From Halobacteriovoraceae bacterium (GTDB taxonomy: Bacteria > Bdellovibrionota > Bacteriovoracia > Bacteriovoracales > Bacteriovoracaceae): a DNA stretch of 64,000 bases. Position numbers and translations under genes: made by a program. This document shows, piece by piece, positions 31,487 to 40,711 of the stretch. The stretch is from contig CAVRCF010000001.1 in assembly GCA_963719505.1 (NCBI GenBank), forward strand, positions 1,056,001 through 1,120,000. Reading direction: 5' to 3'. Within the stretch, counting starts at the first letter, position 1. Each line of letters opens with the position of its first letter. The notes below the pieces were generated by a model. The model was not told the origin of the DNA. It ran no database searches and saw only the letters and a list, made by a program, of their open reading frames with translations.

Positions 31487-32485
31487 TTAGATAGAGATGT
31501 TTAATGAACCAAAAATCGCAGTCTTATCAATGCTAACGTTTTCTACCGCAAAATTTACTCCGGATTCAACGGTGATTTGTTTCATAATATTATAGGCAAC
31601 TGACAGACTAGCGACGTCATCAAGGTTATTACTGAATCTATCGAGACTATTTACATCATCACCAGTTTGGCTCCAATCGAATTCAATACTGGACTTTAAT
31701 GTTGTATTATCAGTAATCATATAATTTAAGTATCCGCCGATAGCGGCAAATAAAGTTGTTCTCTTTATACCGGGTATTTTATCGACGCCCTCGCAAGTAA
31801 AACCTGGCTCTTTACACCAATCGGGATGGAAAGCACTCGTTTCATTTTTATTATAATAATCTCTTTGGACGCTAGCTCTAATCCCATGAAAGAGTCCAGG
31901 TACACTTGAGAAAATAGTAAGAGAGGGTTGTATTCCGAGTCCATATTGCATTTCTGCATTCTGGGACCCCTCTGTTGTAGGTCTTTCTACGAATGTATTA
32001 AAACTTAAACTAATCGAATTATTGGTATAAACACTTGGTATCCATAAAGAGACTCTATGATTATTGAATGAACGTCCATATTGTCTTTGGCCTTGGCCAC
32101 CACCATTGAATTTAAAGTTTATATTTTCATTGAGATTATCTTGATAAGTTAGTCCATATGAGAGAACCATATTTCTTGGAAGTCTATATCCAAGTTTAAA
32201 TGATTGAAAAACTTGGGTTGATCCAGTTGCGTCGAGTCTTTCACCGTTATCTGTTGTACCACCATCGAATCTATTATAGGTAGCGCCATCCTGATACTTA
32301 TTGGAAAGACTTCGTCCGACATACTGAACGAAGTAATTAAATGAAAAGTTCGATGCGACTTTTTTAAGAGTAGAAAAACTCTCATCTTTTTCCACTGTTG
32401 AGTTAAGCAGAGAGATATTAACGTTTGCCGAGAGACTTAGTGAAAATAATACGGCAAAGAGAAATGTCATTTTTAAATTAAACAT
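31487..32485 (-). CDS. Secreted protein, probable outer-membrane beta-barrel
   Basis: Signal peptide; alternating aromatic/hydrophobic strands; ends IFGSLNISI. Confidence 0.6.
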   Translation of the reverse strand: MFNLKMTFLFAVLFSLSLSANVNISLLNSTVEKDESFSTLKKVASNFSFNYFVQYVGRSLSNKYQDGATYNRFDGGTTDNGERLDATGSTQVFQSFKLGYRLPRNMVLSYGLTYQDNLNENINFKFNGGGQGQRQYGRSFNNHRVSLWIPSVYTNNSISLSFNTFVERPTTEGSQNAEMQYGLGIQPSLTIFSSVPGLFHGIRASVQRDYYNKNETSAFHPDWCKEPGFTCEGVDKIPGIKRTTLFAAIGGYLNYMITDNTTLKSSIEFDWSQTGDDVNSLDRFSNNLDDVASLSVAYNIMKQITVESGVNFAVENVSIDKTAIFGSLNISI

Positions 32486-32493
32486 TTAGCCTC

Positions 32494-34596
32494 CTATATC
32501 TGTTTCGTTGCTCTATCGTTTGTTCCCGCGACTTGAATCGTACTATTGAAAAGCTTATCTCTTTCAGACAAATAGTTTTTGGCATTATTGATAAGTCTTT
32601 CTCTAAGTACTGCTTCTTCATCGTTTTTCATATTCTTTTGAAATTCTTTTTTAATACTAACGTACTCAATTGTTAACATATGCATCATCGCTTCAAGAAG
32701 TTCATCGGTTTCACTGTTCGATGTTATAGCAGATGTCCCTTTATTATCTAAGTTAAATTTATAGGTCATGCTGTTTATATCTTCTCTTTTGGCAGAGTAG
32801 ATAGACTGAAGGGTCCAAAGAGCATTTTTTATTGACCAGTTATACGTTTGCAGTGCAAAAGATGAAGCCTCTTGCTTTTTATTTTGTTGAAGAAAGAGAA
32901 CTTCCCAGTGGTCTTTCATATAGCCACGAAAGCTATCTGTGTCAAAAAGATCATTAGAGGCAAAAAGTTTTGAATTACTTTTTAAGTTTTTCATCACACT
33001 TGCACGGCGCACTTTTGACTGACGGTAAAACTTTGCCAGCGCTTTAACTTTGTCGTGAGTTAGAGGAGTCTGAGAGAGATTTTTCTTCGACAGTTCAGTT
33101 GTAAGATCATCCATAAAAACGAATGCTCTACCAACATAGTAGTCTCTCTCTTTTTGTTCGTTTTGCTCATCTACAGACATATAAGGATGATCCAAGAAAA
33201 ACTGGGCCATTTTCTTCCAAATATAAACCTGCACTTCCTGTGTTCTCGTCACTTCTTTTTGAAGGAATGTTCTATATCTAATATCAAGATTCTTAAAGAA
33301 TTCTAAGTCCGATTTAACTTTACGAAGATATCTTTTCGTCTCTGCATAGGCGCTCTCTGCTGTTAAAGGAAAGTTAAACTGAGTTTCCATCTGTTCTAGG
33401 CGACCCATTCTTGCAGCAAAAACAAGATCGGACTCGTAGGCAATTTGCATCGCTTTGAAGTTTGTCATTCTTTGATCCCAAGAAATTTTCTCTAGGGGAA
33501 CAATCGAAGTAGACTTAGCCGAACTTACAGCTGATTGACCAGTTGATACTTGATCTTGAACTTTTTGCGTCTCGACAACTTCAGCTAATTTTTCCGTATT
33601 CTCATACGTAATTTCAGGTGTCGTCACACTTTCGACAGAATTAACAACTGAAAGGTAAGCATTTCGTACCTTTCCCACGGCCCACATTGCATGAGGGTTC
33701 ATCGGTTGGGTAATAAAATAAAATGTGAAAGGCCCGTATATAGCTAGGGCAACAGAGTATCCAAGATTTTCTTTAACTGTGCTAATAAACCAGAAAAACT
33801 TACCTAAGGTCCACTTATAGGTTAGCCCTTTAAGATTACTAAAAGGTCTCGCTTTAATTCTCGCTAGCTTGATAACGACATCTTTAGAGAGAATAGGAAG
33901 TGAATACTTTAGAGAGCTTAACTTATGAACTCTCTTTTTCGTCTCAATAATTTTCGATCTTACTTCCTTGAGAGAAGCGTAAATATTTTGGCGCTCAGTC
34001 CACGTTAAAACGGGGTCGGCTTCAATTCTATAGATTTCATTTTCTATGTTGACGACAGCATCATCCTTATTTCCTTTATCGATGGAAAGAGTCAGGTCAG
34101 GATCTTTGTAATATTTGTTTAAAAGTCCCTCAATAAGAACGATTCTTGCCGTCATGGAATTACCAGTTTTAGCTTTGTCGTACTCATTATTGATAATATT
34201 GTAGAGGTGATTGATAAAAGGGCTCAAAGGCTCCATATTGATAGAACTGTAATTAACCAGACCACAGTCTAGAGTTTTCGCTGAATAACTAAAGTTACCG
34301 TCAACGTCATAATAGTCATAGATTTCGTTGATCTCACCTTCAAGGTAGACGCGTTTATAGATAACATAGTTTCCAGATGTTAGTGAACCGATTTGTAATT
34401 GACCAATAAGAGTATCATCTACCCAATAATTGTGGCCCGAAAAACCGTTCGAATTATGAATGTCGAAAATCTGTAGATCACATAAATCCAGATCTCGTCC
34501 ACCTTTGATGGTTAATAGGTCGGCTAAGCGCTCATCCAGAGTCTTAGCCGACTTAATCACGAGGTCGGATATGTGAATATACGTTTGAGCACGCAT
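32494..34596 (-). CDS. Hypothetical membrane-anchored protein with large helical C-terminal domain
   Basis: Central hydrophobic segment (LGYSVALAIYGPFTFYFI), Ser/Thr-rich linker, helical C-terminal half. Confidence 0.75.
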   Translation of the reverse strand: MRAQTYIHISDLVIKSAKTLDERLADLLTIKGGRDLDLCDLQIFDIHNSNGFSGHNYWVDDTLIGQLQIGSLTSGNYVIYKRVYLEGEINEIYDYYDVDGNFSYSAKTLDCGLVNYSSINMEPLSPFINHLYNIINNEYDKAKTGNSMTARIVLIEGLLNKYYKDPDLTLSIDKGNKDDAVVNIENEIYRIEADPVLTWTERQNIYASLKEVRSKIIETKKRVHKLSSLKYSLPILSKDVVIKLARIKARPFSNLKGLTYKWTLGKFFWFISTVKENLGYSVALAIYGPFTFYFITQPMNPHAMWAVGKVRNAYLSVVNSVESVTTPEITYENTEKLAEVVETQKVQDQVSTGQSAVSSAKSTSIVPLEKISWDQRMTNFKAMQIAYESDLVFAARMGRLEQMETQFNFPLTAESAYAETKRYLRKVKSDLEFFKNLDIRYRTFLQKEVTRTQEVQVYIWKKMAQFFLDHPYMSVDEQNEQKERDYYVGRAFVFMDDLTTELSKKNLSQTPLTHDKVKALAKFYRQSKVRRASVMKNLKSNSKLFASNDLFDTDSFRGYMKDHWEVLFLQQNKKQEASSFALQTYNWSIKNALWTLQSIYSAKREDINSMTYKFNLDNKGTSAITSNSETDELLEAMMHMLTIEYVSIKKEFQKNMKNDEEAVLRERLINNAKNYLSERDKLFNSTIQVAGTNDRATKQI

Positions 34597-34638
34597 AGTC
34601 TCATTTCCTTTTATTTATTACGGCTTTCGCCGAATTAG

Positions 34639-37600
34639 TTACTGTTGTGTTTGGTTATAACTTCCACCAACGTTGATTGTTGCAACAGTCGGTTTTAGTT
34701 TTAAATTTTCAAAGTCTCTTTCTGCTCTATGAAAACTAACACCATGATACTGATGAGTTGCTATGATTCTTAAAGCTTCCCAGTCAGCTGTTGCCGAGCG
34801 AACAGCTTTCATCACAAGTCCTCTGTATTCATTGATTTGCGATTTATTGGCTGCTGGCATTGCACTCATCACTGCGTCTAGATTTATCTCCAAGCCCAGT
34901 TCAGTTGCAAAAGTGATATTTTTTGCATTTTCCAAAGCCGGAATAACTTCCTGAAGAGCTTTAACTCTCGTTGCAGCAGCATTTGGCATCATGTAGCCAA
35001 AGAGAGATCCGTATTTATTTAGTTTTTTCTCCCAAGTGAGATCACCGCGCTTAAGAGACATTCTTAACTCTCTTATGACCATCGACTCTGGTGATTGACC
35101 AAGCTTATCAGCATAGCCGTAAAGAGGTTTTCTTTCCGCTTTCATATCGAAGTTTGAGTCAGCATCAAGAGTTCTTTTATTTGCTCCTAAAAAGTTTCCA
35201 TAATAGTTAAGAAACTTAGCCGCTGAGAGTCCACCATCTTTAAGGGCACGCTTTTCAGCGAGCATACTGTGCTTAATTTGCTGATAGTGCACAAGCTCAT
35301 GACCAGCTGTATAGATCATGGTGAACGGATCGAGCTCTGATCTTAGCCAAACATAAATATCACTGTTTGAATAAAGACCATGAGATGTTTTCTTTTTAGC
35401 AAAGCATTCACCAGCATGTTCTCTATGACAAAGCTTGTGGTTTCTTAGAGACTTAGAGTCTAAGATTGAGATTCTGTCTGGCTTCAATTCATTTGTGAAA
35501 ACATCAGAAACTGATATCTTTCTCTCTTTCGCAAAATTTTCAATATTAAATTTTGCGTATGGAGCGATATCCAAAAGTTCAATTAAATTCTCTTTTGATG
35601 TATAGCTCGAGTTTAAAAGATCTTGATATCTTGCAATCTTTGGATGCTTTTTAAAGTGTTCAGCTCTTTTCTTCGCCAGGTAGACCATCTTGTCTTTCTT
35701 TCCAAGAAGTCTTGCGTTTTGCTCTACTGAGATCCAGTCTTTTCTTGCAGCTTTCAACTCATCAGAGATATAGTCAGAATCTGTGAGAAGAGTTCCAGAG
35801 CGCATTTCACTTTGAGTGGCAATGGCGATCTTCTTATCGGTATCTCTTGAACCAAGGTAGAGAGTCTCATACTCTAGTTCATTAAAGTCTGTCTCTTTTC
35901 TAAAAACGTTTGCAAACTCAGCCGTCTTTGGAGACTTGCTTAGTCTTTGAATAGACCCCTCACATAATTGCTCAAGAAGGTCTGTAACCACTTTCTTAGA
36001 ACGATTTGATAAAATCGATTCAGGGAATTCTAACTTGGCAGACTTATCAATTGAACGAACGAGTTTGTTGAGTTCATTTCGAACATTTTTATCAGAAATA
36101 TTTAATTTTTTAATTTCAGCTTTAAGCTCCATGACCATGACGATGTCTAGCGCTCTTTGCTCTTCACTATAATAGGTTGAAGAAACGTCAGTGTTGAGAA
36201 TACTAATATTATCAATGATATCTCTCACGTTAACTTTAGACAGTCTAAGCTCATGTTTTTGAAGAAGGCTAACGATATCAGCCTGATATTTATTGATTTG
36301 AACGTAGTATTTCGCAACAGCCTTTTTATCAATTTTTGCTTCAAGAAGGTCGATGATTTTATAAACACTTTCAATAACTCTTGGGTTCAAATAAGATAAA
36401 ACTTCTTTAAGCTGAATTTTCATCCCAATAGAAAGCCCTAAAAGTTGATAAGCTGAAGTCGTCTCTTTCTCTAATAGAGTTGTCGCTTGTCTTAGCATTC
36501 TTCCAATTTGAACAAGAGAAGCTGCTACAAACACTGGTAGTTCATGTTTCATTTGTTTTGGAACTTTGGGCTTTGCCAATTCTCTTGGCGTCACAGAGTC
36601 TTTATTGTTTGTGTCGTCCACGATAACAAATGGAGCATAACCACCACCTGCTGATGTGTTGACGATTGAACTCATTGCTCCTCTTTCTTGGGGAGCATAT
36701 CTAACAAGTGCATTGTGAGAGATTCTTGGCTTCGCATTTTTTCCACCACCAAAGAAAACCCACATTCTTATATCTGCTGCTAAGTTTGCGAATCGGTATC
36801 CGTCTTTTCTTTCAACAGCGACTGGAATTCTACCAATCTTAACAAGTTGTTGGTAAGCATATTGACTTGGGTTCTTTTTAATCTCGGCCAGAATCTCTTT
36901 TTTTACCGTCTTTGAAAGAGTTTTTAAAATATAGATTCCTTGTCCACCTGCAGAGTCTGGTGCTTTGACAACCCACTCGTCAGGGTTGTTTGCAATAATC
37001 TCAGCTGACTTTCTCGTAGGAGGTAAAGTTTGTGGAGGAAGAATTTTTACACCTTTAGGATTCAGACCCGCACTTTCTATATCGTTTGCGAAAAACTTTG
37101 GAGCGTAGTGAGTTAGAGTTGCAAGGATAATTTTGTTATCCATAATTCTATTCAGACCACCCATATAAAGTCTTCTATTTAAAACAGCATCAATAGCACC
37201 TGGTACAGTATACGCAGACTGAAGTGGAACTGGTTTTCCATTTTCATCTTTTACGATTGAAGCTCTTCCATTTTTACCAATTTTTAAAGCATCTCTTAAA
37301 TAAATATTTTCACCCGAGTCTGGGTCTCTTAAGATAAGACCTTTTTCTGGATTAAAGAGGGCTGAGTCAGCGTTTACTCTTGAGTAGATAGCCGTGACGA
37401 TAGGATTGTTTTCACCAATAGTTCTTAGGCGAATATAACCGTCTTTATCTTGGTATAGTTGGTCGGGATCTGTATATAGAAGTCCTGAGTAAGCCGCGAG
37501 CTGATGAATCTCAGGTGCAGCACCATTTTGTCCTCCCGGTGGAAGAATAATTTGGACACCGTCAGTGATTCCAGTCCAAGATTCACCAAGAGATTTGTAG

Positions 37601-38370
37601 GTCTCTCCTAAAATCTTAAAGTGATCGTTTGGCATTACTTTTCCAAGAGAGTCTAAGATCTCTGGATTTTGCTTGTAAATTCCCTCAAGCATATTCATAT
37701 TGTTTGAAGCTCCTGAAGGGGAGCCAGCATTTATTTCTAGAATTCTAAACGGAAGTCCAGGAAGTTCATTGTCTTTATTCTTTGCGATGAGTTTTGGAAC
37801 GTCTGCAGTTTGCTGAAGATAATCTTCCACTAAGACTAAATCTAATCCCACGTTGTCCAAGAACGGATAGTCTTTCATATTTTTGTGATGAAGCTGTGGA
37901 TAATAAGACGATGAATCCTTGATGGACTCGATAAAGATCTTACGAACGGCTTCAGGAAGTGATTGAACGAAGGCCGAGCTCTCAAGAGACTCAGACCCAT
38001 AAATATCTTGTAATACTGATCTTAAAGAAATCATAAGTCTTTGAGCGGCTTCTTCAACATCGTTAAAAAGTGATTTTTGAACGGGAACAACAGTGGTTGT
38101 ACAAGGTACAACGAAGGTTTTATATCCTTTTGCGGTTTTTTTAGAGAAGGTTAAGTCTCTGTTTTTTAGAAACTTAGTGAGCTTTTTACTTTCTTGAAAA
38201 TGAGTGCTCACCTCATGATCTAAAATTCTTTTGGCCACTGGCTTGGCGTGTAGGTAGGCTGAGCGCAGCTTTTTAGCACTAAAAAGATAATTTGAGACTA
38301 CGACCTCGGCATTCCCAATGAAGCCTAAGTTTGGATTGTACTCTTTTCGACTTTTTTTCGTCTGTTTCAC
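34639..38370 (-). CDS. Circularly permuted type 2 ATP-grasp amidoligase fused to a C-terminal HEXXH (zincin-like) domain
   Basis: GLDLV...FRILEINAGSPSGAS, IYSRV, WVVKAPDSAGGQGIYI, DIRMWV and IVNTSAGGG match the CP-ATP-grasp motif order. AGHELVH lies near residue 1050. GTG start with AGGTGA RBS. Confidence 0.85.
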   Translation of the reverse strand: MKQTKKSRKEYNPNLGFIGNAEVVVSNYLFSAKKLRSAYLHAKPVAKRILDHEVSTHFQESKKLTKFLKNRDLTFSKKTAKGYKTFVVPCTTTVVPVQKSLFNDVEEAAQRLMISLRSVLQDIYGSESLESSAFVQSLPEAVRKIFIESIKDSSSYYPQLHHKNMKDYPFLDNVGLDLVLVEDYLQQTADVPKLIAKNKDNELPGLPFRILEINAGSPSGASNNMNMLEGIYKQNPEILDSLGKVMPNDHFKILGETYKSLGESWTGITDGVQIILPPGGQNGAAPEIHQLAAYSGLLYTDPDQLYQDKDGYIRLRTIGENNPIVTAIYSRVNADSALFNPEKGLILRDPDSGENIYLRDALKIGKNGRASIVKDENGKPVPLQSAYTVPGAIDAVLNRRLYMGGLNRIMDNKIILATLTHYAPKFFANDIESAGLNPKGVKILPPQTLPPTRKSAEIIANNPDEWVVKAPDSAGGQGIYILKTLSKTVKKEILAEIKKNPSQYAYQQLVKIGRIPVAVERKDGYRFANLAADIRMWVFFGGGKNAKPRISHNALVRYAPQERGAMSSIVNTSAGGGYAPFVIVDDTNNKDSVTPRELAKPKVPKQMKHELPVFVAASLVQIGRMLRQATTLLEKETTSAYQLLGLSIGMKIQLKEVLSYLNPRVIESVYKIIDLLEAKIDKKAVAKYYVQINKYQADIVSLLQKHELRLSKVNVRDIIDNISILNTDVSSTYYSEEQRALDIVMVMELKAEIKKLNISDKNVRNELNKLVRSIDKSAKLEFPESILSNRSKKVVTDLLEQLCEGSIQRLSKSPKTAEFANVFRKETDFNELEYETLYLGSRDTDKKIAIATQSEMRSGTLLTDSDYISDELKAARKDWISVEQNARLLGKKDKMVYLAKKRAEHFKKHPKIARYQDLLNSSYTSKENLIELLDIAPYAKFNIENFAKERKISVSDVFTNELKPDRISILDSKSLRNHKLCHREHAGECFAKKKTSHGLYSNSDIYVWLRSELDPFTMIYTAGHELVHYQQIKHSMLAEKRALKDGGLSAAKFLNYYGNFLGANKRTLDADSNFDMKAERKPLYGYADKLGQSPESMVIRELRMSLKRGDLTWEKKLNKYGSLFGYMMPNAAATRVKALQEVIPALENAKNITFATELGLEINLDAVMSAMPAANKSQINEYRGLVMKAVRSATADWEALRIIATHQYHGVSFHRAERDFENLKLKPTVATINVGGSYNQTQQ

Positions 38371-38601
38371 GTTTTCACCTCGGATTAATTAAGTCTTTGT
38401 TGAATCCTTCTACAAAATCTGACTATAATAGTATGATAACTATACACCTTGATGCTATGCGTTGCAAACACTTTTTACGCAATTCGGTAAAAACTGTCCA
38501 GATTAAGTTAATCTTTAAATTTATTGAATTTTCCTGTATTATTTACATACGTTAAATCCACATCCAAGTGGTTGTTATTATGTAGTTGAAATGGAGTTGC
38601 T

Positions 38602-39270
38602 ATGGTTGAAGTTAAATCAGTGTATGTTATTGGGAATGAGCAGCAAAATAGGGAGTCTATTGTAGATTCTTTATCGAAAGCGGGCTATCAAGTGCGAGGG
38701 TTTGAAAGCTCTCAAGATTATTACAAGAATAAGGATGATAACTTTCATGGGTTATACATCATCGACTGGAGTCTTCCAGACGAACCTGGAATAGAGATTG
38801 TCTCTAACATCAGAAAAAAAGACGGAATTTCACCAATTTTTATGCTTTCTAAGTTTACGGAAAATCAGGATGTTCTAGAGGGTCTAACTCGTGGAGCTGA
38901 CGATTACATAAAGAAACCGTATTTTCTTGATGAAATAATTCAAAAGGCAAAAAATAGTTTGAAAAGACTCTCTTTGATTAATGCAGGTGAGGAATCAGAT
39001 GGAAAAATTCGACTTCTGCCTGAAGCAAGCTCATTTTTGAAGAATAATTTTACCATCTCTTTAACTAAACGAGAGTATATTATTTTTAGTTATCTTTACG
39101 AAAAGTTAGAAAAGCCTGTGTCTCGAGAGGAACTAATATCTCAATTTTCTGAAGAGAAAATGACTGACAGAAATATTGACGTGCATATCTTTTCTCTTAG
39201 GAAGAAGATAAAGCCAGCAAGTATTTTAGTTGAGACTGTTTGGGGCATGGGCTACAAGCTCAAAATCTAG
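38602..39270 (+). CDS. OmpR/PhoB-family response regulator
   Basis: IIDWSLPD, GADDYIKKP, LTKRE...IDVHIFSLRKK...TVWGMGY. Confidence 0.93.
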   Translation: MVEVKSVYVIGNEQQNRESIVDSLSKAGYQVRGFESSQDYYKNKDDNFHGLYIIDWSLPDEPGIEIVSNIRKKDGISPIFMLSKFTENQDVLEGLTRGADDYIKKPYFLDEIIQKAKNSLKRLSLINAGEESDGKIRLLPEASSFLKNNFTISLTKREYIIFSYLYEKLEKPVSREELISQFSEEKMTDRNIDVHIFSLRKKIKPASILVETVWGMGYKLKI

Positions 39271-40529
39271 AAATACATTCTAAATTCAACCTCATATCTA
39301 TCTACTTTGGCCGTGTTAGTTCCCTCTAGCATGGTCTGGTAAATAAATTTTACTGCCGCAGGTAGAACGAACTTCTTTTGCTGGTAAAGGCCTACCGTTG
39401 TGAATTCACTCGTAAGTCTTACATTATGGGTCTCTGAACCAGTGCTTGCTGCTAGGTAGTTCTCTGAGTAAGAGTAGTCTGTATTTCTCGCTGTGTACTG
39501 TGCTTCATCAATTGACTCATACTCGTAAGCTGCATTAAAGAGAATCCAGTCGTTAACATAGTAATCTGTTGAGAGATGAAAAAGACTCTTATTTCCCAGC
39601 TTCTCTTTGTAGCTTTGCTTCTCATCTCCAAAGTTTACATCAGCGCTGTAAGGAACACGGAGACTCTTATCTGTAGCAAACTGATAAGTATAGCGATAGA
39701 AAGAATTGAAAACAAATTTACTTGATAGGTGGTAGCTTCCTCCAAACTCAGTAAAGATGTCCCATTGTCCGTCACCAAAATTGATATCTTGAATAATATC
39801 TGGATCGTCTGTTCTCCCCGTAGGAGCAACTGTTCCACCACTTAAAAGTAAGCCGTATTTATTTGTCGTTAGAAAGTTGTACATAATTCCAAGCTCAACA
39901 TCTCCAAGCCCTTCACCTTGCCAGTCACCAACTTCATCGTAGCCAAGCCCGTTGACAACTAAGCTTTGAAGAAATCCACTATCGACATCTAATTTATCTG
40001 AGTATTGATCTACAAATGTTCCGATGGCTTGGGCAAAATCGTCATTGGTATTGTCTTGAAGATTATTCGCTATAGTGTCGTAACTATTAGACTTGGTTCT
40101 TTTGTAGTTCATTTTTACATTGGCTTTATAGATCGGCATAATCATATAGGCTGTCACTTTATTAGTAACACCGTAAGCAAATCCATACCCATCAACTTCA
40201 ACATCAGCTTTAGCGTCGATTTTGTACTCACCAAGATTTAGGTTCTCGTATGCCTTTGGGTAGGGCTTCAGAAGGGCGAGAGCGGTCTGAATTGTCTCAT
40301 TTTCGATGGACTCAAGAAAATCTACATTGGCTTCAATTTGATAGGATAATGGGGATTCGTTACTCGTTTTATTATAAGTTGAATCGACTTGGGATTTTAC
40401 ATTTCTGTAAACTCCAAGCCTTACACCCTTAGGTAAAGTCTTGTAATACTGAGCGAATGCCATGTTTGATAAAAATAGGGCTCCTAAAAAAATTAATGAT
40501 TTTTTGTTTTTCACTTTCCATCTCTCCAA
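39267..40529 (-). CDS. Probable outer-membrane beta-barrel protein (MetA-pathway / transporter-like)
   Basis: Signal peptide; GLGDVELG, APTG and FGDGQWD motifs; C-terminal Phe (EFRMYF). Confidence 0.65.
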   Translation of the reverse strand: MERWKVKNKKSLIFLGALFLSNMAFAQYYKTLPKGVRLGVYRNVKSQVDSTYNKTSNESPLSYQIEANVDFLESIENETIQTALALLKPYPKAYENLNLGEYKIDAKADVEVDGYGFAYGVTNKVTAYMIMPIYKANVKMNYKRTKSNSYDTIANNLQDNTNDDFAQAIGTFVDQYSDKLDVDSGFLQSLVVNGLGYDEVGDWQGEGLGDVELGIMYNFLTTNKYGLLLSGGTVAPTGRTDDPDIIQDINFGDGQWDIFTEFGGSYHLSSKFVFNSFYRYTYQFATDKSLRVPYSADVNFGDEKQSYKEKLGNKSLFHLSTDYYVNDWILFNAAYEYESIDEAQYTARNTDYSYSENYLAASTGSETHNVRLTSEFTTVGLYQQKKFVLPAAVKFIYQTMLEGTNTAKVDRYEVEFRMYF

Positions 40530-40711
40530 ATGTTTAATGTATTAACATTGTAGGGGCGAAAGAGAGTTTATTCACGGAAAAAATAACGCGTCGTGTAAAA
40601 CTAACATGCTGTCAATATTGTGGACAGTCAATGTAACTATGACACGCTGCAGCGTTATTCGTTTTGATTTTTCTCTAGATCCCCTATGATGGTGGTTCAA
40701 CCGGAGGGACA

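Noticed and set aside
38331-38555. 74-aa ORF in the divergent promoter region as a precursor peptide for the ATP-grasp ligase
   Set aside because: It is on the opposite strand, overlaps the ligase start, and has a TTG start without RBS and no RiPP-like core repeats.
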